In this document: positions 1 to 9,351 of the stretch, in pieces
Position numbering within the stretch: the stretch's first letter is position 1
Layout: each line of letters begins with the position of its first letter
Origin: an uncultured Collinsella sp.
GTDB lineage: Bacteria > Actinomycetota > Coriobacteriia > Coriobacteriales > Coriobacteriaceae
Direction: 5' to 3'
DNA length: 49,462 bases
NCBI GenBank assembly: GCA_902494295.1
Contig: CABUSL010000001.1
Span: forward strand, 1-49,462
Notes under the pieces: model-generated
Told to the model about the DNA's origin: nothing
Seen by the model: the letters and a program-made list of their open reading frames with translations, nothing else
The model's database searches: none
Made by a program: the position numbers and the translations under genes

Positions 1-67
1 CCCGTGCGCCCGGTTCCCTTGCCGGGCGCACCTCCGTTGCGATTTCGAAAGGTTGGGTTCACGAGCC

Positions 68-1045
68 ATGCCAAGTGCTCAGGAGCTACAACAGCAATTT
101 GGTGAATATCGAGGCGCTATGCCCCGTCCATCGGATTTCGATCTCTTTTGGAAGGACCGCATGGCCGAGGCCGACGCCGTCGAGCTCGACTATGCGATTG
201 AGGCGGCTTCGGTTGCGGATTCCGCGACCTGTCGGTTTTTCGACCTCTGGTATACCGGCATGTGCGGTGCACGCCTGCATGCCAAGTATCTCCAGCCGGT
301 TTCGGACGAGCCCGTGCCGCTGGTGCTACAGTTCCACGGCTATCCGGGTGCAAGCCGCAGCTGGTTCGAGCAGGCGTCGTTTGCGGGCATGGGCATGGCA
401 CTCATCGCTCTCGATTGTCCTGGCCAGGGTGGCCCCTCCGAGGATATTGGTGGATTTGAAGGCACGACGGTTGCTGGGCATATCGTCGCCGGTATCGACG
501 GCGACCCGGCCAATCTTTACTATGTCCGCTTGCACCAGGATATCCGCATTCTGTGCCGTATTGTTCGCGAGCTCGAGGGCATCGATCTTTCCCGCGTATT
601 TGTGAACGGCGCATCGCAGGGCGGCGGTTTGGGCATTGCGACCTGCGCACTTAATAGTGAGCTTATCAATCGCGCTGCCATCCTCTATCCCTTCCTGTCG
701 GATTTCCGCCTTGTTTGGGATCTGGATGCCGACGATATCGCTTATGAAGGCCTGCGTTATTGGTCGCGTTGGTTTGACGAGGACTCGACTCGTATTGAGG
801 AGGCCTATGCCAAACTGGCGTACTTCGATTCCAAGAACTTTGCCCCCATGGTCAAATGCCCCGTGCTGTTTGGCACGGGCACAGCCGATATCGTCTGTCC
901 GCCGGCGACGCAGTTTGCGGTCTACAACAATCTGGCCTGTGAGAAGCGACGCGAGTTCTTTGAGGGCTTTGGCCACGAGGAGATTCAGGACTTTGACGAT
1001 CTGATCATTCCGTTTTTCTGCGAGGGAGGGGAGGCTCATGTCTAA
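68..1045 (+). CDS. Acetylxylan esterase/cephalosporin-C deacetylase-like alpha/beta hydrolase (CE7), possible sialate O-acetylesterase
   Basis: FHGY, DCPGQGG, nucleophile elbow GASQGGG, acid ADIVCPP and base FGHE motifs. ATG at 68; lies in the nan cluster. Confidence 0.85.
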   Translation: MPSAQELQQQFGEYRGAMPRPSDFDLFWKDRMAEADAVELDYAIEAASVADSATCRFFDLWYTGMCGARLHAKYLQPVSDEPVPLVLQFHGYPGASRSWFEQASFAGMGMALIALDCPGQGGPSEDIGGFEGTTVAGHIVAGIDGDPANLYYVRLHQDIRILCRIVRELEGIDLSRVFVNGASQGGGLGIATCALNSELINRAAILYPFLSDFRLVWDLDADDIAYEGLRYWSRWFDEDSTRIEEAYAKLAYFDSKNFAPMVKCPVLFGTGTADIVCPPATQFAVYNNLACEKRREFFEGFGHEEIQDFDDLIIPFFCEGGEAHV

Positions 1046-1889
1046 GTGCGAGAGCAATATCGACGAGCTGATCGTCCCCGGGCTCGCGGAGATGCCTGGA
1101 ACGGTTTCGTCAAGGCTCGCAGAATATCGGGACTGGCGCGGTGATGTCCAAGCAGATGTTTCTGATTTAGAGACATGCGCTTCGAATCTTGAGATTCAAG
1201 GCCTGGCCATTACGGCGATTGACTTTGTTAACCCCTGCGCCCGTTACTCGGAGGTCTCCTTTGAGCTCGGTGACGATGCGATTCACGCTCGTTTGATCGA
1301 GCCTGTCGGTCGTGCCCGAGTGTCTGAGCGCGTGCCGCTGTGCCTGATGTTTCACGACATCGATCGACCCGTGCGTGGATGGCATCACATGACGAGATTT
1401 GCCGCCATGGGGTATGCCGTTCTCGCGCTGGATGACGATGTTGCTGGTGCGGACGACCTGCAGTGGGGGATTGCTTCGCCCGCTTTTGTCAAGCGCGTCC
1501 GTTGGGGCTGCGCGTTGGCGAAGGTCGCGCGCAATCTTGATGGCATGGATCCCGATCGCATTTTTGCATGGGGCGAGGGTCTTGGCGGCGGTGTCGCGCT
1601 GGCGGTTTCTGCTCTGGACGAGCGCGGACTTGCCTGCACGGCGGTTGCCAATCCAATTCCCGGTGGCCTCGAGGCTCTGTCGTCTCGGGTGCGCGGATCG
1701 GTGCTCATGGGCACGTCGCTCATGGATACCGTGAGCGACCCCAAGGGTCAGTTTGCCGTATTCAACGGTCTTGAGTGTGACCGGAGGCATATCATCTATG
1801 CCAAATACGCTCACGAGCGCATCAATGCGTTCGAAAACGAAGTCGTCGACTTCTTTAACCAAACGTTCTATCCGTGTTCTTTGGCCTAG
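1038..1889 (+). CDS. Divergent CE7-like alpha/beta hydrolase lacking the catalytic Ser
   Basis: Collinear with the upstream esterase (PLCLMFH, FAAMGYA, QFAVFN, YAHER). The nucleophile motif reads GEGLGGG. Overlaps the upstream ORF by 8 nt. Confidence 0.7.
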   Translation: MSKCESNIDELIVPGLAEMPGTVSSRLAEYRDWRGDVQADVSDLETCASNLEIQGLAITAIDFVNPCARYSEVSFELGDDAIHARLIEPVGRARVSERVPLCLMFHDIDRPVRGWHHMTRFAAMGYAVLALDDDVAGADDLQWGIASPAFVKRVRWGCALAKVARNLDGMDPDRIFAWGEGLGGGVALAVSALDERGLACTAVANPIPGGLEALSSRVRGSVLMGTSLMDTVSDPKGQFAVFNGLECDRRHIIYAKYAHERINAFENEVVDFFNQTFYPCSLA

Positions 1890-1957
1890 ACGGCCTGGAC
1901 ACTGCCAACAAGAGTGAGCGGCATAGGGCCGCTCGCCAGACAGCTAAGGAGATTCTT

Positions 1958-2878
1958 GTGGCAACTCAGAAATTCACCGGCGTTATCCCTCCCGTCGTTG
2001 TTCCCGATACCGAAGACCACCAGCTCGACGTTGCCTCCTTTGAGCGCAGCATCAACCGCATGATCGATGCCGGCGTCGATGGTCTGTTCTTCTTGGGGTC
2101 TTCGGGCGAGGTCGTCTTCTCCACCGATGAGCGCCGTCGCCAGATTATCGCCGAGGCCGTTCGTATCGTCGACCACCGTGTGCCTGTTCTGGTCGGCATC
2201 ATCGATACCGAGACCGAGCGCATGATTGAGCACGGCAAGGTCGCCCAGGAGCTGGGCGCCGATGCCCTCGTCGCCACCTGCCCGTTCTATGCCCTGCAGG
2301 GTATGACCGAGGTCGAGGAGCACTTCCGCATCCTGCACGAGGAGCTCGACCTGCCCATCTTTGCCTATGACATTCCCGTCTGCGTTCACACCAAGCTCCC
2401 CTGGAAGCTCCTTGCCAAGCTCGGCGCCGAGGGCGTCCTTGCTGGCGTCAAGGATTCCTCGGGTGATGACATCTCGTTCCGCTACCTCGTTCAGGAGAAC
2501 GAGAAGAACGGCCATCCGATGAGCATCCTCACCGGTCACGAGGTTGTTGTCGACGGCGCCTATCTCGGCGGCGCTGACGGTTCCGTCCCGGGTCTCGCCA
2601 ACGTTGAGCCCGAGGGCTACGTGCGTCAGTGGAAGGCCGCTCAGGCTGGTGACTGGGCTACCGTCAAGGCCGAGCAGGATCGTCTCAATGAGATCTCCCA
2701 CATCTGGGATGTCACCTCGGGCGTCCAGGGCTATGCCGGTGGCGTCGGCGCCTTCAAGACCGCTATGAACCTCATGGGTATCTTTGACAGCCCGACCATG
2801 CCGCGCCCGGTGAAGGCCATGACCGGTGAGAACGTCGAGGCGATTAAGAAGGTCCTCCAGGACAACGGCCTCCTTTAA
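1958..2878 (+). CDS. nanA: N-acetylneuraminate lyase (DapA/NanA family)
   Basis: GSSGE, YDIP and Schiff-base KDSSGD motifs. AAGGAG SD before GTG 1958; adjacent to a ROK kinase and nanE. Confidence 0.85.
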   Translation: MATQKFTGVIPPVVVPDTEDHQLDVASFERSINRMIDAGVDGLFFLGSSGEVVFSTDERRRQIIAEAVRIVDHRVPVLVGIIDTETERMIEHGKVAQELGADALVATCPFYALQGMTEVEEHFRILHEELDLPIFAYDIPVCVHTKLPWKLLAKLGAEGVLAGVKDSSGDDISFRYLVQENEKNGHPMSILTGHEVVVDGAYLGGADGSVPGLANVEPEGYVRQWKAAQAGDWATVKAEQDRLNEISHIWDVTSGVQGYAGGVGAFKTAMNLMGIFDSPTMPRPVKAMTGENVEAIKKVLQDNGLL

Positions 2879-2881
2879 AGC

Positions 2882-2977
2882 TTTCCCAGGCACCCGACCT
2901 CGCCGTTCAACCGTGCGGCCATGACCCATTAGGTCAATGGCCACACGGCTTCTCGGCGATCTCGGGCACCTGGAAAA
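2882..2977 (-). repeat. Intergenic hairpin element, family B (variant apical domain)
   Basis: Long imperfect inverted repeat. Plus-strand C.A mismatches become G.T pairs on the minus strand. Shares the GGTGCC..AGRTYG..GAA / ACGGTTGA..CRAGRT..GGTGYC scaffold with 4034-4131 and 22875-22974. Confidence 0.7.
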
Positions 2978-3050
2978 CCTTTACCGCGCTGTGACGGCTA
3001 GCCTGACGGCGCATTTCCTGTAGTTGTTTATATCTCCTAAGGAGAGCGAC

Positions 3051-4016
3051 ATGGAGAACAAGTACGTTTGCTCCGTCGATATCGGCGGCACCAAGATTGC
3101 GACTGCCATTATGGAGTATCCGGCTGATGGCGGCGTGCCCCATCCGGTCTTTGAAGCCGAGGTTCCCACCGAGGCCCAAGAAGGCGGCGAGGCAGTTTTC
3201 CAGCGCATCGAGGCGTCCATCAAGGCTGCTCTCGAGGCGAACCCCGATGTCGAGGTCCTCGGTATCGGTATTGGCGCCGCCGGTGTCGTCGACCCCAAGA
3301 CGGGCGCCATCGCCTACGCCAACGAGATCATGCCCGGCTGGTCTGGCGTTCAGTTGGGGCCGCGTCTGCGCGAGGACCTTGGTCTTCCCGTTGCCGTGGT
3401 GGGCGACGTGCAGGCTCATGCTCTGGGCGAGGCCCACTGGGGCGTCGGCAAGGGCAAGTTCTCCGTCTTGTGTCTGGGCATCGGTACGGGCATCGGCGGC
3501 GCATATGTCGAGAACGGCCGCGTGATGCAGGGCTTCCACGGTGCTGCCGGTCATATGGGCCACATCGAGTGCTCGGCTGCCGCCGGCATTCCCTGCGCCT
3601 GCGGGCGTTCTGGCCATCTTGAGTCTGTTGCTTCGGGCACTTCCATTGGTCGCATGTACGACGAGCGCTTTGGCCGCGTCGACCCCAGCCGTCCTTCGGT
3701 CGGTCGCGATGTAAACGACCTGTGCCGCGCGGGCGACGCAAAGGCGACCGAGGTCATCCATGACGCCGGCTTTGCGCTGGGCGCCAGCTTGGGCTCGCTT
3801 GCCAACATCTTGGATCCCGAGGTCATCGTGCTTTCGGGAGGTGTGATTCACCAGGGTCCCGATTGGCGCTCGCAGACGTGGAAGGACTCGGTGCACGAGG
3901 GCTATGCCAGCCAGGCGCTCGACCCGCTTCAGGACACGCCGATCCTCATCGGTTCTCTGGAGGGCGACGCGCCGCTTATCGGTGCCGCCGAACACCTTCT
4001 TGCGTCGTTGAAGTAA
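3051..4016 (+). CDS. nanK: ROK family kinase, probable N-acetylmannosamine kinase
   Basis: DIGGTKI, GTGIGGA and GH..C.CG..G.LE zinc motifs. Lies between nanA and nanE; AAGGAG SD. Confidence 0.8.
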   Translation: MENKYVCSVDIGGTKIATAIMEYPADGGVPHPVFEAEVPTEAQEGGEAVFQRIEASIKAALEANPDVEVLGIGIGAAGVVDPKTGAIAYANEIMPGWSGVQLGPRLREDLGLPVAVVGDVQAHALGEAHWGVGKGKFSVLCLGIGTGIGGAYVENGRVMQGFHGAAGHMGHIECSAAAGIPCACGRSGHLESVASGTSIGRMYDERFGRVDPSRPSVGRDVNDLCRAGDAKATEVIHDAGFALGASLGSLANILDPEVIVLSGGVIHQGPDWRSQTWKDSVHEGYASQALDPLQDTPILIGSLEGDAPLIGAAEHLLASLK

Positions 4017-4033
4017 ACATAACTACCAAGTGC

Positions 4034-4131
4034 GCCTTCTGAGGTGCCGCAGATTGACGTGAAAGAGGAGCGAAGCGTACTTCGGTATGCGAGCGACGGT
4101 TTGAACGTCAAGGTGCGGTGTCTCAGAAGGC
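4034..4131 (+). repeat. Intergenic hairpin element, family B
   Basis: Arms GCCTTCTGAGGTGCCGCA / TGCGGTGTCTCAGAAGGC pair with three G.T wobbles. Core GAAAGAGGAGCGAAGCGTACTTCGGTATGCGAGCGACG is nearly identical to the reverse complement of 22875-22974. Confidence 0.8.
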
Positions 4132-4156
4132 TGTTTTGAGAAAGGTTGAGTCGAAC

Positions 4157-4843
4157 ATGACCGTTGATCCTTTGATCCAGTCCCTAAAGGGCAAGCTCGT
4201 CGTGAGCGTTCAGGCCTATATGGGCGAGCCGCTTCGTACGCCCGAGACCATGGCTCAGATGTCTCGCGCCTGCGAGCTTGGTGGCGCCGCCGCTATTCGC
4301 TGCCAGGGTCTTGCCGACATCGCCGCCATTAAGGGCCGCTGCGAGGTTCCCGTCATCGGCCTGTGGAAAGATGGACACGAGGGCGTCTACATCACGCCGA
4401 CGCTGCGTCATGCTCGCGCCTGCGTTGCCGCCGGTGCCGACATCGTGGCAATTGATGCCACTGATCGCCCACGTCCCGATGACAAGACCGTCGAGGACAC
4501 CTTCCGTCCGCTGCACGAGGAGGGCGTGCTCCTGATGGCCGACTGTGCCACCATCGAGGATATTCGTCGTGCTGTCGACATGGGCTTTGACCTGGTGTCC
4601 ACCACGCTTTCTCATGGTGTTGCCGCTATCGATTGCACCATGGCCGACGGTCCCGATCTGCCGCTCCTGCGCCAGGCGACCGAGGAATTTCCCGGCCTTC
4701 CCATCATCTGCGAGGGCCGCGTGCACACGCCCGAGGAGGCCCGCGCCGCGATTGATGCGGGCGCTTGGGCAGTTGTCGTTGGCACTGCCATTACGCACCC
4801 CACGAGTATTACGAGTTGGTTCAAAGCCGCGCTTGAGGCGTAA
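4157..4843 (+). CDS. nanE: N-acetylmannosamine-6-phosphate 2-epimerase
   Basis: LVVSVQA, PVIGLWK, VYITPT, EGRVHTP and VVVGTAITHP motifs. Confidence 0.92.
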   Translation: MTVDPLIQSLKGKLVVSVQAYMGEPLRTPETMAQMSRACELGGAAAIRCQGLADIAAIKGRCEVPVIGLWKDGHEGVYITPTLRHARACVAAGADIVAIDATDRPRPDDKTVEDTFRPLHEEGVLLMADCATIEDIRRAVDMGFDLVSTTLSHGVAAIDCTMADGPDLPLLRQATEEFPGLPIICEGRVHTPEEARAAIDAGAWAVVVGTAITHPTSITSWFKAALEA

Positions 4844-4894
4844 GACGGACCTCGTATCCGCTCAGGGCGGTATACTCATTAAAGGCAATTGACC

Positions 4895-4932
4895 GCGCGG
4901 GATCCGGGTTGCTGGGTCCCGCGCTTGTTTTT
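4895..4932 (+). terminator. Intrinsic terminator-like hairpin between nanE and rapZ
   Basis: GCGCGGGATCCGG-GTTG-CTGGGTCCCGCGC followed by TTGTTTTT. Confidence 0.55.
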
Positions 4933-4944
4933 AGGAGGCAGCAC

Positions 4945-5865
4945 ATGCAAAAGGGAGATGCCATGGATGCGGCGGAGCGCTCGGAGCGCATCCCCGATAT
5001 CGTCATCATCACCGGAATGTCCGGTTCGGGCCGAACGCAGGCCATGCATGTGTTCGAGGACATGGGCTACTTTTGCATCGACAACTTGCCTCCGCGTCTG
5101 ATTGCCCAGCTTGCCGAACTCGTCGGCATCAATACGGGCGTGGGCAGGCATCTTGCCGTCACCTGCGACCTGCGCAGCCAGGGCTTGTTCGATGAGCTGC
5201 TCGATGCCGTTGCCGCGCTCGAGGAGCGCGAGATGAGCTGTGACATCGTGTTTCTCGAGGCCTCTGACGAGGTGCTGATCCGTCGTTATAGCGAAAACCG
5301 CCGCCGCCATCCCATTGCCAAGCCGGGGGAGACTACGGCCGATGCGATTCAGCGCGAGCGTCTGCAGCTGCAGGGTGTGCGCGATCGAGCCGATATGATC
5401 ATCGATACGAGCCGCTTGCGCACCTCTGCTCTGCGCAACAAATTGCGCATGGCGTTCTCCGAGTTGTCCGACCAGCAGCTCATGGACGTTCACGTGTTCT
5501 CGTTTGGCTTTAAGCACGGTATGCCCGTCGAGGCGGACATTATGATCGACGTTCGCTTCCTGCCCAATCCGTTCTACGATCCCGAGATGCGCACGATGAC
5601 CGGTCTCGATAAGAAAGTCTCTGACTTTGTTCTGGACCATCCCAAGACCCAGGAGTTCTGGAAGGCCTGGACGCAGCTGCTCGATACGGTCATGCCCGGC
5701 TATATCGCGGAGGGTAAGCCACAGCTTTCTATTGCCATCGGTTGCACGGGCGGTCAACACCGCAGCGTTGCCATCGCCGAGGCCACGGCACGTTATTTGG
5801 AAGGCGCCCAATATCACGTGAGCATTTCTCATCGCGACCTGTCGCGCGCCAACACGAAAGCATAG
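4945..5865 (+). CDS. rapZ: RNase adapter RapZ/YvcJ P-loop protein
   Basis: ITGMSGSG, GYFCIDNLP, SFGFKHG, DVRFLPNP and GCTGGQHRSV motifs. Start is 4945 or 4963; both have an SD. Confidence 0.93.
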   Translation: MQKGDAMDAAERSERIPDIVIITGMSGSGRTQAMHVFEDMGYFCIDNLPPRLIAQLAELVGINTGVGRHLAVTCDLRSQGLFDELLDAVAALEEREMSCDIVFLEASDEVLIRRYSENRRRHPIAKPGETTADAIQRERLQLQGVRDRADMIIDTSRLRTSALRNKLRMAFSELSDQQLMDVHVFSFGFKHGMPVEADIMIDVRFLPNPFYDPEMRTMTGLDKKVSDFVLDHPKTQEFWKAWTQLLDTVMPGYIAEGKPQLSIAIGCTGGQHRSVAIAEATARYLEGAQYHVSISHRDLSRANTKA

Positions 5866-5871
5866 GCCTGC

Positions 5872-6801
5872 ATGTCGTTTACCGCCGAGGTGCGTGACGA
5901 GCTCGCGCGCTGCGAACCCGAATGTGAATACTGCGATTTGTCGACGCTTGCCGCCCTGACGCGTGTGAGCGGTACACTTTCGCTGGCCGGCTCCGGGCGG
6001 TATCGTTTGACGGTCGCGACCGAGACGGGTGCCGTCGCGCGCACGATGATCACACTGACGCATCGCATCCTTAAGCTCAAAACGGAATTCACCGTTCGTA
6101 AATCGGTCTTGCATAAGGTCCGTAACTATCTCATTACCCTGCCCGATCAACCCGACCTGGACAAGGCTCTGGTGCTGCTGGGCATCCTCGACCGCAGGGG
6201 AGGGCTCGTCGCTGGTGTTCCCCGGCACATCGTTGCCCGTCCCTGCTGCAGGCTTGCCTACATCCGCGGCGCGCTCATCGCCGGCGGTTTCGTGGCCGAT
6301 CCCCGCGGCGACTTTCATCTGGAGATCGCGGTGCAGGGCGAGCAGTATGCCCGGGGACTTTGCGATCTATTGGAGCAGATTGGAGTCCATGCGCGCGTTA
6401 ACGCGCGGCGCGGATCCTTTGCCGTCTACATTAAGAGCGCCGAGGAGATCGAGCAGCTCCTAAAGCTGGTCGGCGCCAAGCGCAGCGTTGCCGAGATCGA
6501 GGAAGCGCGCGCGGTCAAATTGGTTAAGAACGACGTAAACCGTCGCGTGAATGCCGAGCTGGCCAATCAGACCAGAAGCGCGGGTGCCGCCCAGCATCAG
6601 CTTGCGTTGATCGATGAGCTCGAACAGCGGGGTTTGCGCGACACGCTTCCGGACGCCTTGGCGGTCTTTTGCGACCTGCGCGAGCGCTATCCCGATCTGT
6701 CACTGCGCGATCTGGGGGAGATGGCTGACCCTCCCTTGTCGAAGTCGGCCCTCTACCATCGAGTTTTGAGGCTTGAAAAGCTCATTGAAGCAAACAGGTA
6801 G
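5872..6801 (+). CDS. whiA: DNA-binding protein WhiA
   Basis: MSFTAEVRDEL N-terminus, AYIRGALIAGGF, NRRVNAELAN, and C-terminal HTH SLRDLGE..PPLSKS. Confidence 0.92.
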   Translation: MSFTAEVRDELARCEPECEYCDLSTLAALTRVSGTLSLAGSGRYRLTVATETGAVARTMITLTHRILKLKTEFTVRKSVLHKVRNYLITLPDQPDLDKALVLLGILDRRGGLVAGVPRHIVARPCCRLAYIRGALIAGGFVADPRGDFHLEIAVQGEQYARGLCDLLEQIGVHARVNARRGSFAVYIKSAEEIEQLLKLVGAKRSVAEIEEARAVKLVKNDVNRRVNAELANQTRSAGAAQHQLALIDELEQRGLRDTLPDALAVFCDLRERYPDLSLRDLGEMADPPLSKSALYHRVLRLEKLIEANR

Positions 6802-6994
6802 TTGAGCGAAACTGCTTATATAGGGATTGAACTGCTGTTTTACTCTTTAAAACGTTTTAACGTAAATTTGATTTTCAATTTCGAGCATTCTCGTGAAATT
6901 CAAGTCAAAAAAAAGGTATATTAGGCGAGTGGTTAGTTTGTGGGCCTCAACGGCAGGCGCTGTAGCTTGCGGGGGCCTTACGAAAGGAGACACA

Positions 6995-8020
6995 ATGGCA
7001 GTAAAGGTTGCTATTAACGGCTTCGGTCGCATCGGTCGTCTGGCTTTCCGTCAGATGTTCGGTCATGAGGGCTCCGAGATCGTCGCTATCAACGACCTCA
7101 CCTCTCCCGATATGCTCGCTTACCTGCTGAAGTACGACTCCACGCAGGGCAACTATGCTCGCGATCACGAGGTCGTTGCTGGCGAGGATTCCATCACCGT
7201 TGACGGCAAGGAGATCAAGATCTACAAGGAGGCCGACGCCAACAACCTGCCTTGGGGCGACCTCGACGTCGACGTCGTTCTCGAGTGCACCGGCTTCTAC
7301 ACCAGCAAGGCTAAGGCTCAGGCCCACATCGACGCTGGCGCCAAGAAGGTCGTCATCTCCGCTCCGGCTGGCAGCGATCTGCCCACCATCGTGTACAACG
7401 TCAACCATGAGACGCTGACCGCTGAGGACAACATCATCTCCGCTGCTTCCTGCACCACCAACTGCCTCGCCCCGATGGCCAAGGGTCTGAACGACTTCGC
7501 TCCCATCGTGTCCGGCATCATGACCACCATTCACGCCTGGACTGGCGACCAGATGCCGCTCGACGGCCCGCAGCGCAAGGGCAACAAGCGTCGTAGCCGC
7601 GCCTGCGCCGTTAACATCGTCCCCAACACCACCGGTGCTGCCAAGGCTATCGGCCTGGTTCTCCCCGAGCTCAACGGTAAGCTCATCGGTGCCGCCCAGC
7701 GCGTCCCGACGCCGACCGGCTCCATCACCAACCTCTACGCTGTCGTTGACAAGAAGGTCACCGTCGACGAGGTCAACGCCGCTATGAAGGCCTACGCTGC
7801 CACCATCTCCGAGACCTTCGGTTACAACGAGGACGACATCGTCTCCACCGACATCATCGGCGAGACCCACGGCTCCATCTTCGACGCCACTCAGACCATG
7901 TGCTCTGACCTCGGCAACGGCCAGACCCTCGTTCAGGTCACCTCTTGGTACGACAACGAGAACTCCTACACCTCTCAGATGGTCCGCACCATCAAGTACT
8001 TCGAGAAGTTCGTTGCTTAA
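6995..8020 (+). CDS. gap: Type I glyceraldehyde-3-phosphate dehydrogenase
   Basis: [19 protein letters not shown] and SWYDNE motifs. AAAGGAG SD. Confidence 0.97.
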   Translation: MAVKVAINGFGRIGRLAFRQMFGHEGSEIVAINDLTSPDMLAYLLKYDSTQGNYARDHEVVAGEDSITVDGKEIKIYKEADANNLPWGDLDVDVVLECTGFYTSKAKAQAHIDAGAKKVVISAPAGSDLPTIVYNVNHETLTAEDNIISAASCTTNCLAPMAKGLNDFAPIVSGIMTTIHAWTGDQMPLDGPQRKGNKRRSRACAVNIVPNTTGAAKAIGLVLPELNGKLIGAAQRVPTPTGSITNLYAVVDKKVTVDEVNAAMKAYAATISETFGYNEDDIVSTDIIGETHGSIFDATQTMCSDLGNGQTLVQVTSWYDNENSYTSQMVRTIKYFEKFVA

Positions 8021-8057
8021 TTTAGCTTTTAGCGAATAGCTCGTTGAGCGTCTAAAG

Positions 8058-8104
8058 AAGGGCGCGGCCTTATAGGGCTTACACCCTAGGGTCGCGCCCT
8101 TTTT
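8058..8104 (+). terminator. Hairpin/terminator after gap
   Basis: AAGGGCGCGGCC...GGTCGCGCCCTT stem followed by a T tract. Confidence 0.6.
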
Positions 8105-8160
8105 ATAAGAAATCGTCTGCCGTAATGGGAGGCAGACACGTACGAAAGGTAGAAGCAAAC

Positions 8161-9351
8161 ATGGCCTTTACCAAGAAGACCGTCCGCGACATCGATGTCG
8201 ACGGCAAGCGCGTTCTCGTCCGCGTTGACTTTAACGTGCCTATCAAGGATGGCGTCGTTGGCGACACCACCCGTATCAAGGCTGCCCTGCCCACCATCAA
8301 CTATCTCGTTGAGCACAATGCTCGCGTCATCCTCATGAGCCACCTCGGCCGTCCCGATGGCACCGGCTTCCAGCCCGAGCTGTCCCTCGAGCCCGTCGCC
8401 AAGAAGCTCGCCGAGCTCTCTGGTCTCGACGTTGCCTTTGTTGCCGACACTTACGGCGAGAAGGCTGCCGAGGCTGTCGCTGCCGTCGAGCCGGGCAAGG
8501 TCCTCGTTCTCGAGAACGTCCGCTTCGATAAGCGTGAGAAGAAGAACGATCCCGAGATCGCCAAGAAGCTCGCTTCCTATGGTGACGTCTTCGTTCTCGA
8601 TGCCTTCGGCACCGCTCACCGCGCCCAGGGTTCCGTCGTGGGCCCCGCCGCTTACCTGCCTGCCGTCGCCGGCTTCCTGCTCGAGAAGGAGGTCGACACG
8701 CTGACCGGCATCTTCGCCGAGCCCGAGCGCCCCTTCGTCGCCATCGTCGGCGGTTCCAAGGTTTCCTCCAAGATCGGCGTTCTCGATCACCTCATCGACT
8801 CCGCTGACACCCTGATCATCGGTGGCGGCATGGCCTACACCTTCTTCCTGGCTCAGGGCCTGTCCGTCGGTCAGTCCCTCAAGGAAGAGGACTGGGTCGA
8901 GCGCGCCGGCGAGATGCTCAAGAAGGCCGAGGAGAAGGGCGTCAAGATCCTGCTCCCCATCGACAACCGCGTTGCCGATCACTTTGGCGAGGACGCTGTC
9001 CCCGAGGTTGTCGCTTCCGACGCTATCCCCGACGATCGTGAGGGTATGGACATCGGTCCCAAGACCGAGGAGCTCTATGCCGAGGCCGTCAAGGGCGCCA
9101 AGACCGTGTTCTGGAACGGCCCCATGGGCGTCTTCGAGTTTGACAACTTTGCTCACGGCACCCAGGCTATCGCCGAGGCTGTCGCCGAGGCCGACTGCAC
9201 CTCGATCATCGGCGGTGGCGACTCTGTCGCAGCTGTCAACAAGTTCAACCTGGCCGACAAGATGAGCTGGATCTCCACCGGTGGTGGCGCTTCCATGGAG
9301 CTCGTCGAGGGTAAGGCCCTGCCCGGAGTGGAGGCGCTTCTCGATGCCTAA
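8161..9351 (+). CDS. pgk: Phosphoglycerate kinase
   Basis: RVDFNVP, SHLGRP, DAFGTAHRA, WNGPMGVFE and STGGGAS motifs. Confidence 0.97.
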   Translation: MAFTKKTVRDIDVDGKRVLVRVDFNVPIKDGVVGDTTRIKAALPTINYLVEHNARVILMSHLGRPDGTGFQPELSLEPVAKKLAELSGLDVAFVADTYGEKAAEAVAAVEPGKVLVLENVRFDKREKKNDPEIAKKLASYGDVFVLDAFGTAHRAQGSVVGPAAYLPAVAGFLLEKEVDTLTGIFAEPERPFVAIVGGSKVSSKIGVLDHLIDSADTLIIGGGMAYTFFLAQGLSVGQSLKEEDWVERAGEMLKKAEEKGVKILLPIDNRVADHFGEDAVPEVVASDAIPDDREGMDIGPKTEELYAEAVKGAKTVFWNGPMGVFEFDNFAHGTQAIAEAVAEADCTSIIGGGDSVAAVNKFNLADKMSWISTGGGASMELVEGKALPGVEALLDA

